Below, one piece after another: positions 50,037-64,000 of a stretch of DNA of 64,000 bases. Source of the stretch: Dipteris shenzhenensis (Eukaryota). The stretch lies in assembly GCA_047967505.1 (NCBI GenBank), contig CM106538.1. One strand, 5' to 3'. How positions within the stretch are numbered: position 1 is the first letter of the stretch; the number at the start of each line of letters is the position of its first letter. The notes below the pieces were generated by a model. The model did no database searches, was not told the origin of the DNA, and worked only from the letters and a program-made list of their open reading frames with translations. Position numbers and translations under genes: made by a program.

Positions 50037-53000
50037 TGAGAAGATAGTGGGAGAGAGGCAAGGAGTCTCACTTGTGGCTTTCTCACATGCACAATGGGGG
50101 AATACACAAAAAGGTGGAGGCTGAAAACAGTTTTCCTCTTCTTAGTTGTGTAAGCCAAAAGAACTCTAGTACAAAGAAATAGAAGAACCCTATATGTGGG
50201 TCTCAAACCAAACTCAACTAACTAAGGTGGCATACTAACTAAGCCACGATCTAGTGTAGATAAGGATAGCTGTCATCCAGCTATTATTCGTGGGCAGTGT
50301 ACCAACCGCATCTCCAGCTAACAAGTTGGTGACATAAATACACAACGGTCACCCTGGCATATCGCGAGTGGAGCTCGATATCTCAACACACAACGGTCAC
50401 CCTGGCATATCGCGAGTGGAGCTCGATATCTCAACACTCCCCCTCGAGCTCAATCCCAATTCTTGCACACCAAGCAGGTCTCTGAACTTGCGCAGCTTCT
50501 CTGCGCCCAATGCTTTGGTGAATATGTCAGATACCTGATCCTCTGTGCTGACATAAACTAGATCAATAAGACCTAGTAAAACCTTCTCCCGCACATAGTG
50601 ATAATGCACCTCAATGTGCTTTGTTCTAGCATGAAAGACTGGGTTCTTTGCCAAGTGTATACTGCTCATGTTGTCACAATAAATGACAACTGGCCCATCT
50701 GTAGACTGATGCATATCATAGAGTAGCTTATGCAACCAAGCTACCTCACATGCAGCCATTGCTGCACCCCTGTACTTAGCCTCTGTGCTCGACAAGGCAA
50801 CTGTAGGCTGTTTCTTGCTGCTCCAAGTGACTGCAGCACTCCCAAAAGAGAACACATACCCACTGGTAGATCGTCTATCAAAAATACTACCAGCCCAATC
50901 AGCATCAGTGTATCCATGCAACTGTATCTGAACCCCAGCCTCATAAAATAGTCCATACTGCAATGTGGACTTCACATACCTGAGTATGCGTCTAGCCGCA
51001 TCCAAATGCGGTTTCCTTGGAGCCTGCATAAACTGACTTACCAACCCAACAGCATAGCTCAAATCTGGCCTGGTAATAGTCATGTAAATCAAACTTCCTA
51101 CTATGCGTCTGTACATAGTAGGGTCTTCCAGAAGCTCACTTGCATCTGCGCTCAGCTTCACATTCTGCTCCAAAGGAACTGAAATAGGCTTACAGCCTGT
51201 CATCCCATATTTGGACAGCATGTCCAATCCATACTGCCTCTGCAAGAGCTGTATCCCACTTGGTGATCTAATCACCTCAATGCCCAAGAAATAACGCAGC
51301 TCTCCCAAATCCTTCATCTCAAACTTTTGCCTCAATAGCATTTTCACATGAAGGATATCTTCATCACTATCACCTGTGATGATCAAATCATCAACATAAA
51401 TTACCAGCAGCATAATCCCTTTCTCTGTTTTTCTCACATAGAGTGAGAAATCTGCCTTGGAAATCTGAAAGCCAATAGTGACAAGATACTGTCCTATCTT
51501 GTCAGACCATGCTCTAGGTGCTTGCTTCAAGCCATACAAGGCTTTCTTCAACCTACAAACAAACTCAGGATGAGTAGCATGAACATAACCTGCTGGCTGC
51601 TCCATAAAGACCTCTTCTTGCAAATCACCATGCAAGAAGGCATTCTTTACATCCATCTGATGTAAAGACCATCCCTTTGATGTAGCCATAGCAATGGCTG
51701 CTCTTACGGTTGCCATCCTTGCAACCGGGCTGAAAGTTTCTTCATAATCAATGCCATATGTCTGTGCATACCCCTTGACAACTAATCTTGCCTTGTATCT
51801 ATTCACAGAACCATCTGCATTGTGCTTGATCTTATAAACCGACTTACAGCCAATTGCATTCTTGTCTTCAGGCAAAGGCACCAATTCCCATGTAGCATTA
51901 GCATCCAAGGCATCCATTTCTTCATCCATGGCTTTCTCCCATTTTTCATTTCCCATGGCTTGCTCAAAAGAAGTGGGTTCTGGTTCCTGTATCACTTTGA
52001 CCATATAGGCATAGTGAATGGCTGTAAATCCATCATATTTCAGCCTATCCACAGGATACCTAACCCTGGTAGACCTGCGCAAAATAGGCTCACTTCCAGG
52101 TGCTCTCAAAACATCCCTGGTCTTCCTTACTCCAGGTGTAACAACAGAAGGAATACCCAACTCATCATCAATGCTTTGCTCTGAGCCACTGGATTCACCA
52201 TCCACAGAAGAGTGACCTACATTCACATCAAACATGGGCTGATCTACCTTCTCTTTTCCTTTTCGTGATACCTGCGTACCACTCTCTACATTGCTTTGAG
52301 GGGATTCTTCTGATCTCAATCTACCTATCCATGGCGAAGTATGTGAACCACTGGTAGAGGACACTCTAGGTCCACTGATATTTTGTGATTGCTGCTGTGC
52401 ATTCTGTGCAGCATTACCATTTTGTGCATCTACATCAATCATCACATTTACTGGTTTATACCAGCTACTCATCTCATCAAAAACAACATCTCTGCTCACT
52501 GTGAACTTACGTGTAGAAGGGTTATAGCATCTATACCCTTTCTGCTGCCCCTTTCTGCTGCAGAGAATAACCAATAAAGACGCACTTCTCAGCTTTTGGA
52601 TCCAACTTGGACCTCAACTGATCTGGCACATGGACATAGGCAATGCAACCAAAAATCTTCAAATGAGAAATATCCGGTTTCCTACCAGTATACATCTCCT
52701 CAGGCGTCATGCCATGTATTGCTGCAGTGGGAGTCCTGTTCATTATATAGACTACTGTAGCAACTGCTTCAGCCCAATAATAATCTGGTAGATCTTTTTC
52801 ATTTAGCATAGCCCGAGATACCTCTCCAATATGCCTGTTTTTTCTTTCTACAATTCCATTTTGCTGTGGGGTATGACTGCATGAATATTGCTACTTTATA
52901 CCATGCTCCTGCAAGAACCTTGCAAACTCATTTGAGAGGTACTCTCCCCCTCCATCTGACCTTAGGCATTTTATTTGTAGGCCTGTTTCTTTTTCAACCA

Positions 53001-55666
53001 TAGCTTTGAAAGCTTTGAAGTGCCCAAACACTTCACTTTTCTTTTTCATAAAATACACCCACAGTTTTCTGCTGAAGTCATCAATAAATGTGACAAAATA
53101 GTGACAGCCTCCAATAGATGCAGCTTTTGTAGTCCACACATCAGAGTGGATTAATTCCAATGGCTTTTTACTCTCTTGAACATGCCTAGGAAAAGGTTTC
53201 CTTGCCTGTTTCCCAAATTGACAGGCTTCACAAACCTTGTGCATTTCTGCAACCTTGAATTTTGGCAATCCTACAACAATATTTTGGGCTTGCATTGATT
53301 TAAGTCGCTGTATATTAACATGACCAATGCGTTTGTGCCAGATATCAATATCTGCAACTACACCGGTCCCATGTGCAAACATTGCTGCACTCAATTCAGG
53401 CATGTCTGCATCCAACGTAAACATCCTGCCCTTCTTCTTTCCTTTTGCTATCAAGCGACCGTTATTTTTCATATCCTCAACAAAGCATCCATGAGGATTA
53501 AATCTAACCTACAAGCCCTGCTCAACCATTTGACCAACAGAAACCAGGTTCTTGGTGATGTTCGGGACATGAAATACATCAGACAAGTATTTCTTTTTCC
53601 CATCCTGCATAGACAAAGGAATTTTGCCAATCTGCACAATAGGATGTGCAGTATCATCACCAGTCTCCACAAATCCTGGTTTTTCCATTTTTCTTGCATC
53701 CTGCATCCATTCAGCGTGACCTGTCATGTGGTTTGATGCACCTGAGTCAACATACCACACATCATTGCTTTCTTCTACACTTGTTACAGAATTTGTCATA
53801 TGCTGCACCATAAATAGATGCTCATTTCTATCATCACCCTGCCTGCTAGAAGATGCATAATTGCCTTGCTGCAATTTTCCATTCATAATGTCATTCTGCT
53901 TTTTGTAGCAGTCCTTAGCCATATGACCCATTTTGCCACAATAGTAGCATTCAACATTGCTGTTTGCATTTTGGCTTCTCTGCCATCCACCACGGCCTCT
54001 TTGGCTCCCCCTGCCTCTAGAGTTACCACGTCCTCTTGCATAGGACTGGTTTTCTTGCGTTTGCTACATATTCTGATTTCTACCATGGCCTGTAGATCGG
54101 CCTGCTCTACCTCTGCCTCTACCTCTGCCAGCATTTGAGTAGAAGACATTTTCTCTTGAAGTTCCTGCTGAAGAAGATGCACCACCATTTCTTTGCTCTT
54201 CAGAAATTAGAAGAGCAATCAACTCCTCAAAATCAGGAAATTTTTCACGGACGGCAATGGATGTCTGGAACTGTGCATAATCCTAGACCATTCAAGGTCA
54301 TAGAGACCAAATCGTCATCATTCACTGGCGACCCAATGGAAGCAAGTGCATCTGTAATTTTCTTCACTTTCATGTGGTAGTCATTTATGCTCAAATTTTC
54401 TCTCTGCACATTGTGCAACTCCTGTTTGAGTTGCATTTTCCTGGCTTGCGTATTTGTGCTGTACATTTTTGCCAAAGTATCCCATGCCTCCTTTGGCGTA
54501 TTCGCATCCTGAATATGCACAATCATGGAGTCCGAAATACTGATAGACAGCCAGTACATAACTTTCCTGGCTCTCTCATGCCATCCTTTGAATGCCTGCA
54601 TTTCCTGTTGACTGGGAACATTAGGAAGAACAGGTTCTTCTTCATTTCCTGTAATGAACTCCCAATAGCCTTTTCCCATCAAGAAATTCGTCATTCTAAA
54701 CTTCCATGCCTGGAAGTTGTTCTTGTCAAGCTTTTCAGTGACAATCTGTGAAAGAGAATCAGATGCCATTATAGAACACTGCAAAATATTCTGTCACTGC
54801 AAAAAACACAGCTTTTGCCTCACACGGGCAGAACTACAAAACTGACGAAAGTGGTATTTCACCACACAGTCACTTTCTAGTGACGATTTTGCATCAACAG
54901 GCAACAGGCATGAATCTGCAACTCCCAATATCTCTGCACACAGGCATACGATGCAATTTCTGCGGCACCTTTCCACCGGCTAGCTGCGCAGTGGTCGCAC
55001 AACAAAAAAACAGGGCCTTTTTCTGAGTGCCTGCGAAGAACTTCCGCCGTCAAAACGAGCCCCGAAACGGCCTCAAATCTGAAAAATAAAGTCACTAAGG
55101 GCTTCGCCCACTCCCGCAGCATATACTGCGCTCTCGCCACACCGCGAAGGGCGTCTCAATCTGAAACAGTGCACTCCTGCACTTCTGGCTATGCTACCTG
55201 CAGAGATTTGCTCCCAAACTCGAAATAGGAAAGCAACACTAGTCCTCTTACTAGGACACCACGAACTTGGCTTGCTTTCTTGAGCTCCTTACCACGAACA
55301 AGGCTCTGATACCATGAGAAGATAGTGGGAGAGAGGGAAGGAGTCTCACTTGTGGCTTTCTCACATGCACAATGGGGGAATACACACAAAGGTGGAGGCT
55401 GAAAACAGTTTTCCTCTTCTTAGTTGTGTAAGCCAAAAGAACTCTAGTACAAAGAAATAGAAGAACCCTATATGTGGGTCTCAAACCAAACTCAACTAAC
55501 TAAGGTGGCATACTAACTGAGCCACGATCTAGTGTAGATAAGGATAGCTGTCATCCAGCTATTATTTGTGGGCGGTGTACCAACCGCATCTCCAGCTAAC
55601 AAGTCGGTGACATAAATACACAACGGTCACCCTGGCATATCGCGAGTGGAGCTCGATATCTCAACA
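50037..55666 (-). mobile_element. Full-length Ty1/Copia LTR retrotransposon (Copia C)
   Basis: LTRs at 55315-55666 and 50037-50436, PBS (tRNA-Met) at 55303-55314, PPT from 50437, and TSD CCCCC. Confidence 0.97.
50397..54769 (-). pseudogene. Copia C gag-pol with a few stops and frameshifts
   Basis: Zinc knuckle, WYVDSGAS, IHSDVW, RSDGGGEY, YKARLV, QMDVKNAFLHG, YVDD, DADWAG and RTKHIEVHYH. Stops at 53509 and 52891; frameshifts near 54280 and 52550. Confidence 0.95.
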
Positions 55667-56671
55667 CCCCCTCTACACCTTCATCTCTCATGGCTTCATG
55701 CACATTCATGAATAGTTTAGAACTTGTCATTGAAACTACACAGATGCAAAATATGGCTAATGAATACACTATGTATCATATAACAACTATGAGCACAGAT
55801 GGAACAAAATGGCATGTACTTCACGCACCTAAAGTCGGGCTTCCCACATCAGCAAGTGCTGCTGCACCAATGAGGATAGTGGTGGCACCAATTGTCCTTA
55901 GTTGCAATGACTTTTTGCTATGTGTTCTGGATTGGCAAGCAAAGTCTACAATCACGTCAAGCACAAATTTTGCATACAACATCTTTGCAAAGTAGAGTGG
56001 CATAGCTCCTCTATGAGGCTTATCTCATTTTATCATGCAACGAATATAATATGCATTCTCCCTCTTAACTGGATGGCAACAGTTTTGATGGGCCACCATC
56101 CATGTGAGGCATCATTTGAGACCATTGCATTGATGTGATCGTACTTCCAACCATTTGATCATGAAAGATGCTTGCATTGGCAATTTCACATGCCTCATCT
56201 CTTCTTATTGGTAGGAGGGTAGCATCAACCACATCCATTATGTGTTTCATTGCTTGCTTTCCCCTCAAATTTGGATCTTAGGATGCATATGCATCTTGCC
56301 GTGATCATTGCACTGCAGATGCCATGGTGAGGAGAGAGTGAGAGAAGATCTAACAACCATACCAAAATTGAGTGAACGATGTGTTATTGAAGCCTTTATT
56401 TACAACATGCTCATGCAAATTACACCATCTTAGAATTTACCCAACTATTTTGATTGTGGATTGACCATGATCGATTAATTGTACAAATAGAACAGCCAAA
56501 GTCTGGCAAATTGTCACATTTGTTTTAAAGATACATGTCATAGTAATTTTTAAATCCACGTGTACAATTCAAGGACATTACAAATTTGGCAATCAAAATT
56601 GTGATCATATGAGTCAAGCTAAAAAAAGATGAAGCTTATGTTCAAAAACATGTCTTCGTTTCCTCAATGGG

Positions 56672-56876
56672 TCACATTGCCACATCCTCATATACATTGA
56701 AACTATGCCATTTTGTCAAAATTGCTCCCATGGTAGGTCTCTCCTTTGGATCAATCCTGCATATCAAGTTTCCACAATCAACCAATAGCTTGAGTGCAAT
56801 GTCTCCCTTCACCGAGTTGTCTCTAAGAGCTTCTACACCATCTATGAGAAAGCTGGCAATTTTCCTAAACATCCAA
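56672..56876 (-). pseudogene. Protein-kinase C-terminal (subdomain XI)-like fragment
   Basis: CRIDPKERPTMGAIL. The frame is truncated exactly at the CACTA terminus. Confidence 0.5.
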
Positions 56877-59794
56877 CACTACAAGACATGAGTTGCTTTC
56901 TGATAGCAATACCGACGCTAAATACGAAGAATTTTCTTTTTAAACAAGTGGAAAGTGTTGTAATGTCCATCGGTGTGGACGTCACAAAGAAACCATCGGT
57001 ACAAGAGTTGGTGTCACCATCGCGATAAAATATGGCCCACAATATTGATGTGAGCATCGGTGTAATAATCGATATATATCGACTCTACAGTGTCAATACA
57101 GGCATCGATATATACCAGTGTTTTTACAGAAGCTAAAAAAACTTTGTGGGGCAGGATGGGGCTTGTTTACCCCACATAATATTTTTTTTCATTAAAATCA
57201 TGATTAAATGTTACAAATGAGGAGGTGCACATTACAATTTTGCAAAAAGAAGGTCTACAAAGTAATGGAAAATATGCCAAAGCAATGAGCTACAAAATGG
57301 AAAAAGTACCAAACTCCAAAATGGCAAATCCACCAAAGTAATGCGCTAATGTGCTATAGAATGGCAAAAGTGTCGAATGCTCTATAAAAGGGCACATGTG
57401 TCCAAACACTGAATGACTAATGACCTATCTATCCTACTATTTCTCCTCCTCATCCTCCTCGCCCTCCTTACCCTCGATCTCTTTATGTGTGCCTGATCCC
57501 TTGCTCTCCTCTTCTGCGAACCTAACCGCTTCTTCTTTAGATACAATCACCTCCCTCCGGATCTTTGGATGGGTCGAACGTGCTTCCCTAAGAATGAAAC
57601 AAGTTAGAAAATCTAAGAGCTTCGATTGTAAGACAATGGTGATAGTCAAATGATAAAGAAGAGGAATAGGGTATACTCACATGATGCACCGCCACCCTTT
57701 TCTAATTGATGTGGACTCCTTCTCTCTCCTTCTCCTTAAACCATGCCTTGGCTCCAATCCTAAATGCCCTTCTGTACTCCTCGTTGTCTAGAGGCCTTCC
57801 AATCATAGATTCCTATGGATCCAAATTCAATTAGCTTGATATGAATGACAAGACATTTGAATGATTGAACATATTAAAAATTCTGTAGAAGATAAATGTA
57901 TACTTACCACCCATGCCTCTTTGCCGATTCTGCCACCACTCCGGAGGTGCAAAGGACCTACAGTCTCCAGGCGTATCCTTGCCACCCTCTACTCAGGCTC
58001 AAATGCATTTGGATTCTCCTTGTAATCCTTCTTCCCTCTCTTCCAATCCTTCGGGTCTGCCCACCCTGGCTTGTGCTTGCCCTCCTTAACAGCATCCCTT
58101 AATTCATATTTACAAGACTTAAGGAGCTCCCCCATGCAAGTAAGCATGGCATTTTGATCAAACTCATACCCTTTAGGATTTGGAAATTGTATCTTGAGGG
58201 CATCTATGAAGGCATCCTTGGCTTTATTATCTTGTTGGTTCCAAGGTTTGAATATATCCTTGGGGAAGTGGGTGCTCACCAACCTCCTCATTTATCTTGT
58301 GACCGCCTTCCCTTCATCATCCTGTATTACCTCCCCAAGGTTGTTCACTGATCTATAGGATAGTTCCTCGAGCAAAACAAAGTCCTAAGGATGCGTGGTG
58401 GATCTAGTAGTAGAGCTAAAGTGAGGGGTGGAGCAAGCGCTGAAGGAGTGAGAAGTAAGGGACTGAGTGGTCTCTGAGGTGTTGTGGCCTGTGAGTGGAG
58501 AGGGCAAGGGATGAGACTGGTATTGCATCTCATGATATAGGGGAGACCTAGAGTGGTGGGAGTGTGTAGAGTCCCGTCTACATCTCTCATGCCACCATAG
58601 CAACCTCGACCCTTACTACTCTTTCTAGACCTACGATGGGTATGCCCAAGTGATGATCCCTTGGAGGGAGCTAAAAGGGAAAGTTGTCGAGTAGGTAAAG
58701 TCATCGATATCCCTAATCTACCCCCAAGGGGTCTAGTATAGGGAATAGTGGAGGTCCCCACTGGGATAGGAGAGAGAAGAATCTCACTGCTTCTGCATTG
58801 GTCATGGTTGCGACAAACTCATCGGGACTCTCAATGAAGCCATGGGCTGCTAACAAAGGGGTTCCCCGAGGAGAAGTCCCATGAGGAGTGGGCCCAGGAG
58901 GAGTCCACCCAGGGGTAGTCCCTTGAGGAGTCAACTGAGTGGAATCGAATTCCTCTAGATAGTAGAGCCCATGATGTCTCCTCCTACGAGGGGGCATCAT
59001 GATCACGGAGTAAGTGCTCTCTAGATGTGCGACGTGATGCCATGTCTAATTTTGGGGGATTGGACAAAGATAGACACAAACAAGAAAACAAACACAAACA
59101 TAAGAGTGGGCAAGAAGCAAAAAAAGCATACCATACTTACACTTTACCTAAAAGACAATTTACGACTTAGAACTCAAGTTCAATTTATTAAAACTCTGAA
59201 AATACAATTTACTTAAGAGTTCATCATATATTATCATATATCTCCATAAATACATTACCATATGTATCCAAAAGAGCATTTATATACAAAATTTATACCA
59301 AAAGAGTGTTCATATACAAAACTTTTCGCAAAAATAGTATTCATAAACAAAACTCATCTCCAAAAGAGACATTCTTATGAATATGCTAAAGAGAGGAGGA
59401 GGTCTACTACTCTGCATTACTATCACTCATACTATCATCCTCCTCATGGATAAACGGTTCACTTGGGACCTCATCTTTCACGTCTTCTAATATATATTGA
59501 AACTCTTCTTGGACGATGTACCCACGGTCCAAGAAGATGTCTACACAAACCATGATGTCTTTAATAGTCTCCTCCTTGTTAATTTGTAGTTTGAAGAAAT
59601 TTCCCCAAAGCTTGCAGAGATCTCATAGGTTGGTTCAAGTGACCCTCAGGTAATGCTACTCTCATGACAATCAGTCTCAACCCCACCCGCACTCTTGCAC
59701 TTTGACATTAAACTATATCCAATCTACATCATGCACAATTTTTTATTCTACATGTGATAGCAAAGTATCCATGTGAATGGTGGCAACATGGGGA

Positions 59795-62313
59795 TGTTGA
59801 GATATGGTGCCATGAGCACATATTAGAGGCTAAGGTATGGTATAGGAATGTATTAAAGTAGCCATCCTAGCATGTGGACTACATGATGTGGAGATGTGGA
59901 TCAAGGATATCCATAAGGAGAAATGTGGATGAGAGGATCCCACAAGTGTTGACTATTCTAAGGGCACTCTCTATATAAGAGGCCTATCATGTATTGTTGA
60001 TATATAGATTTGAAATAGATTGATTCATAGTTTCTCATCATCTCTTTCATGGAGTTTCTTATATGCTTTGAGCCTCTGTAGTCCTTATGCTCATCTAGTT
60101 GCACTAGGTTTAGCACGATCTTACATTCTTTGACATGGTATCAGAGCATAGGTTTAGCTAAACCTAGATTTAGATTGAGGGAGTTCATGAGTGCGCATTT
60201 CGTCCTTCTTTTATGATAGCAACTTCTTGAGATATCTTGGAGAAGGAGATTAGTGAGACTCTGAGGAATGTTCTAGAGAGACTATATCTCAATCCTAGTC
60301 TATGATCGGTCCAGTGAGCCATCCTCCCATAGTTCAAATCCTTAGTCATTTGAACAAACAGTTTCAGCACCTTCAGTCCAATGTGGCTCCAATAAGGTGG
60401 CTCTATCAAAGGCAGCATTCAGTCCAATGCGACTCCACTAAGGCGGCTCTCATCCCTCTATAACTAAGCGACCTACCAGCATCTACAAGGGAGATTTCTA
60501 TGACGTCCAGCCATAGCACCTCATGAGTGGCCAGCACTTTCAAGCTCATATGGCTACAACCTTAGCAGATGATCCCTAGATTAAGGAGGCACGAAAAGAT
60601 AGCAAGAATGTGCCCTATCTTTATAAATTAGCGAGGCGGCATGTGAAAAAGCTTTAGCATTCGCAGCAGGGTCCTGGAGGTGGCTCTGGGGTTTGCTCAG
60701 CCTAGCTTTGCTAAACATTGAGGAGCTCCAAGGGTCTAGAAAAGGCTCACCACCTTAAAGGGCCACCCATGAGATAATAGCGACTCCACCTCAGTGCCTC
60801 TTAAGAGAACTTGCTCCTCTAACTAGTAGCTCGCAACGTGCAGCACCTAAGCAACCCACCACACGACTCCAGCGATAGAAGCAAGCAGCAAACAAATAGG
60901 AGCCTCCAGCCTGCCACAATGCAAACTCTCCTTCTCAACCCAAACGTCTCCTGGTCTGAACAGCCACGCTCCATCCTCGCTCCATCGCCTCCTACGCTCA
61001 GCAAACGGCCCACCTTCGAGCAACCCATAGGATGGATCAGCCAGCCACCATGATGTGCGCAACTTCCAGCCACTCACAAGCTCACGCTTCTCCTGTCATC
61101 GTCATCAATGAAGCCTTTGCAACCCACCTTCCTGCAAAGATCACTAAGGCTAGACCTTAGGACACATGGCAACCCCTTGACTGACACGTGTCAAGATATG
61201 ATGTGACCAGGATTAGGTTTGTTAAACTTTGGGTTAGACTCATTTGGTTAAAAGTATGACACATGGCAGGATAAGTCTTTACCTTAGTTAAGTGTAGTTA
61301 ACCTTGGTGTGGTCACTAGGACATAGGGTTGGATTATGGTTGAGTCAGGCCACCCTAGGTTTGGTCATTGGTCAAGCAACCCACACTAAACCATGGTTAG
61401 GTTTAGGATCAGGATTAGTTAAAAGTGCCACATAAGTATGTGCCTTCTAAGCACACAGCCTCTTGTTAAGTGCAATTTGGAATTCAGCATGTGAATCCCT
61501 ATGCCATATCATCAAGGCCCACTCCAAGAAGAATTTGCATGCACTCCAAAAAGGAAAAGTGATCGCCTTATTGAGATCTACACGCCTTTCAAGTCAGAAT
61601 CATTAGACACTGCCATTGAAGCAAAACAAAGCTCATGGTAAGACCTTTGCAACAAATGGAAAAGTGATGCATGAATGCAAAAAGCATGCCAAAAGCACAA
61701 GTGCATGAGATAGCCATAGCATAGAACATGGCATCCACACATAAAGCATTAAGGCACAAAGCATCATACATCAAGCTACATCAGACAAAGAAGAGAATGC
61801 CATCAACAACATGTATTGAGAAGCAAAAACCTTGCCACCTTTAGCCCACACGTTTGTAAATCAAACCTGACCACCTGAGAGTAGCCATGTAAGCACCCAA
61901 GGGAGGATTTGATCTTGTAACTCACATTTGACCACCTTGCAATAGCCAATGGATCATGGCACCAAGGGGAGGTGTTGAGATATGGTGCCATGAGCACATA
62001 TTAGAGGCTAAGGTATGGTATAGGAATGTATTAAAGTAGCCATCCTAGCATGTGGACTACATGATGTGGAGATGTGGATCAAGGATATCCACAAGGAGAA
62101 ATTTGGATGAGAGGATCCCACAAGTGTTGACTATTCTAAGGGCACTCTCTATATAAGAGGCCTATCATGTATTGCTGATATATAGATTTGAAATAGATTG
62201 ATTCATAGTTTCTCATCATCTCTTTCATGGAGTTTCTTATATGCTTTGAGCCTCCGTAGTTCTTATGCTCATCTAGTTGCACTAGGTTTAGCACGATCTT
62301 ACATTCTTTGACA
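59795..62313 (+). mobile_element. Non-autonomous LTR retrotransposon (2.5 kb) inserted in CACTA 3
   Basis: 341-bp LTRs at 59795-60135 and 61973-62313 (about 5 differences by eye), PBS TGGTATCAGAGC at 60136, PPT AAGGGGAGG and TSD GGGGA. No recognisable gag or pol. Confidence 0.95.
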
Positions 62314-63289
62314 GGGGATGCGGGTTGGGTTTACAGAAGACTTTCAGGGAGGAGGTCATTCCATTTATGATCTGTTGGAAAGAAACAACCAAATATGGGC
62401 ATATAAAACACATTATAAATCATAGTAGGACACTCATACAAGAACTATAAAAAAATTCAGGGTACAAACAATTACAAACAAAAAAATTCAGGGACCTACA
62501 AAAAATCACATTCACTACTATTCAAAATAGTAAGGGTACCAACAAGCCAATATCTTTCGAAATGATAATTCTAAAAAAATTTATTGCATCCACTCTCCTT
62601 TATTCTGCAATCTTTGCCAATCACATCCCCTATCACCCTATCTACTTTTTCCTCCTCAGCTCTTATACGTTTGATTCTTTGCTTTCCCTTCTCCGCTTCA
62701 TCCTCCTTTAATATTTAAAGTCTCTCCTCCTCTCTTCTTTGTCTCACACCACTCCCTTACTATATCGCTCACTGTTCCCTTTCGATATATTTTTCGTTCC
62801 CTTCTCATTGCTCTCTTGTCATTCCGTTCTCGTCGTTCCCCTCCTTCCACTCCATCCACTCTGCTATTGCTCATTGCTCCCTTCTCGTCGATGTCTCTCT
62901 TGTACTCCCAATGGCCCCTAGCAAAGAAGCTCTACTAGCATACTTGAAGGAGTTGTACTATCAGTATTATGATAGAAAGGATTGGGAGGTATATGTACCA
63001 TCGCTCCCTAGGGTGCATCTATGTCACTCCACATATGGTGCAGGCATGGATTATTCTAACCAGGACAAGATAGATCACAAAATCCTCAAGGATTCTATTG
63101 AGTGTATGTTGAGCTACATCAAAGAGGAAGGCCACATGCCCAAGGAAACACCTTGGAGTAAGGAGTAAAAGAAAAAATAAGTAAAGGACAAGAAGAACAA
63201 GAAAGATGACAAAGGAGAGGGTAGCACTTCATCGAAGACCAAAGTATTATAGAGTACTCTAATTTGGAGAATGTATTTACAGTTTCTGG

Positions 63290-64000
63290 TATATGAGAGG
63301 GAGAGAGGAGAAAAGACAGGGGAAAGAGAGGTGAAAAGAGAGGATAAAGAGGAGGAAAAGAGGGAAAAGAGAGGTGAAAAGAGAGAAAAGAGAGGGGTTC
63401 AAGAGGATGTGAAAATAAGAAAAAGCGAAAAGGATAGGAGTGAAGCAAAAGAGAGGATGGAAGAGGAAATAAGAGAAGAGAGGAGAACAGAGGGGAGAAG
63501 AGAGGAAATAAGAGAAGAGAGGAAAAGAGAGAGAAAGAGAGGAAAAGAGAGGGGAGAAAGAGAGGAAAAGAGAGGAAAAGAGAGGAGATAAGAGAGAGAA
63601 GAGAGATAAGAGAGGAAATAGAAAGAGAGGAGATAAGAGAAGATAGGAGAAGAGAGGGGAGAAGAGAGGAAATAAGAGGAAATAAGAGGGGAGAAAAGAG
63701 AGGAAAAAATAGAGATAAGAGAGGAAATAAGAGAAAAGAGAGACGATAAGAGAAGAGAGGAGAAGAGAGGAAATAAGAGGGGAGAAGAAAGGAAATAAGA
63801 GAAGATAGGAAAAGAGAGGGGAGAAGAGAGGAAAAGAGAGGGGAGAAAGAGAGGAAAAGAGAGGATGGAAGAGGAAAATAGAGGGGAGGAAAAGGGAAAA
63901 GAGAGGAAAGAGAGGAGAAAAGATAGAAAAGAGAGGAGCAAAAGCGAGGAGAAAATATAGAAAAGAGGGGAGAAAAAGAGAGGAGAAAATAGAGATGAAA
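63290..64000 (+). repeat. Polypurine low-complexity tract
   Basis: Nearly pure A/G sequence, in the same relative position as the tract in CACTA 2. Confidence 0.9.

Larger units (their letters stand above)
49404..56330 (-). pseudogene. Decayed Cys/His-rich ORF (SWIM/RING-like, possibly Mutator-related), split by Copia C
   Basis: CTCxC...CSICAH near 55770-55860 and CPICHNHF...CPAC near 49530-49660. A paralogous uninterrupted copy lies at ~27 kb. Confidence 0.4.
56877..64000. mobile_element. CACTA element 3, left part (runs off the window)
   Basis: Terminus CACTACAAGA at 56877, subterminal ATCGATATATATCGA/ATCGGT repeats, and a TnpA-like relic on minus (57437-62364) homologous to element 2. 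Confidence 0.8.

Overview
Plant nuclear DNA, most likely a fern (inferred from plant-type CACTA/Copia/Gypsy elements, TTTAGGG repeats and a cyanobacterial-type squalene-hopene cyclase). Only one intact non-transposon gene is visible: a 653-aa squalene-hopene cyclase with no coding intron (45152-47113, minus). It probably has a 5'-UTR intron, and several of its active-site residues are unusual. The rest is nested, mostly decayed mobile DNA: three CACTA elements, two Copia elements, one Gypsy element, two non-autonomous LTR elements, a probable solo LTR and three copies of an 8-bp-TSD MITE. The most unusual object is a fully bounded 13.5-kb Sola-like DNA transposon (3076-16549; 27-bp TIRs; CAAT TSD) inserted in a Copia integrase. 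It has two divergent genes: a DDD transposase and a ~1100-codon gene that by eye resembles a ParB/DGQH domain fused to a degenerate beta-class DNA amino-methyltransferase. Between them lie back-to-back TATA boxes, about 16 copies of a 16-22-bp palindrome, telomere-like repeats and a 2-kb G/C strand-switch region. All protein assignments are by motif recognition only; no database search was run.
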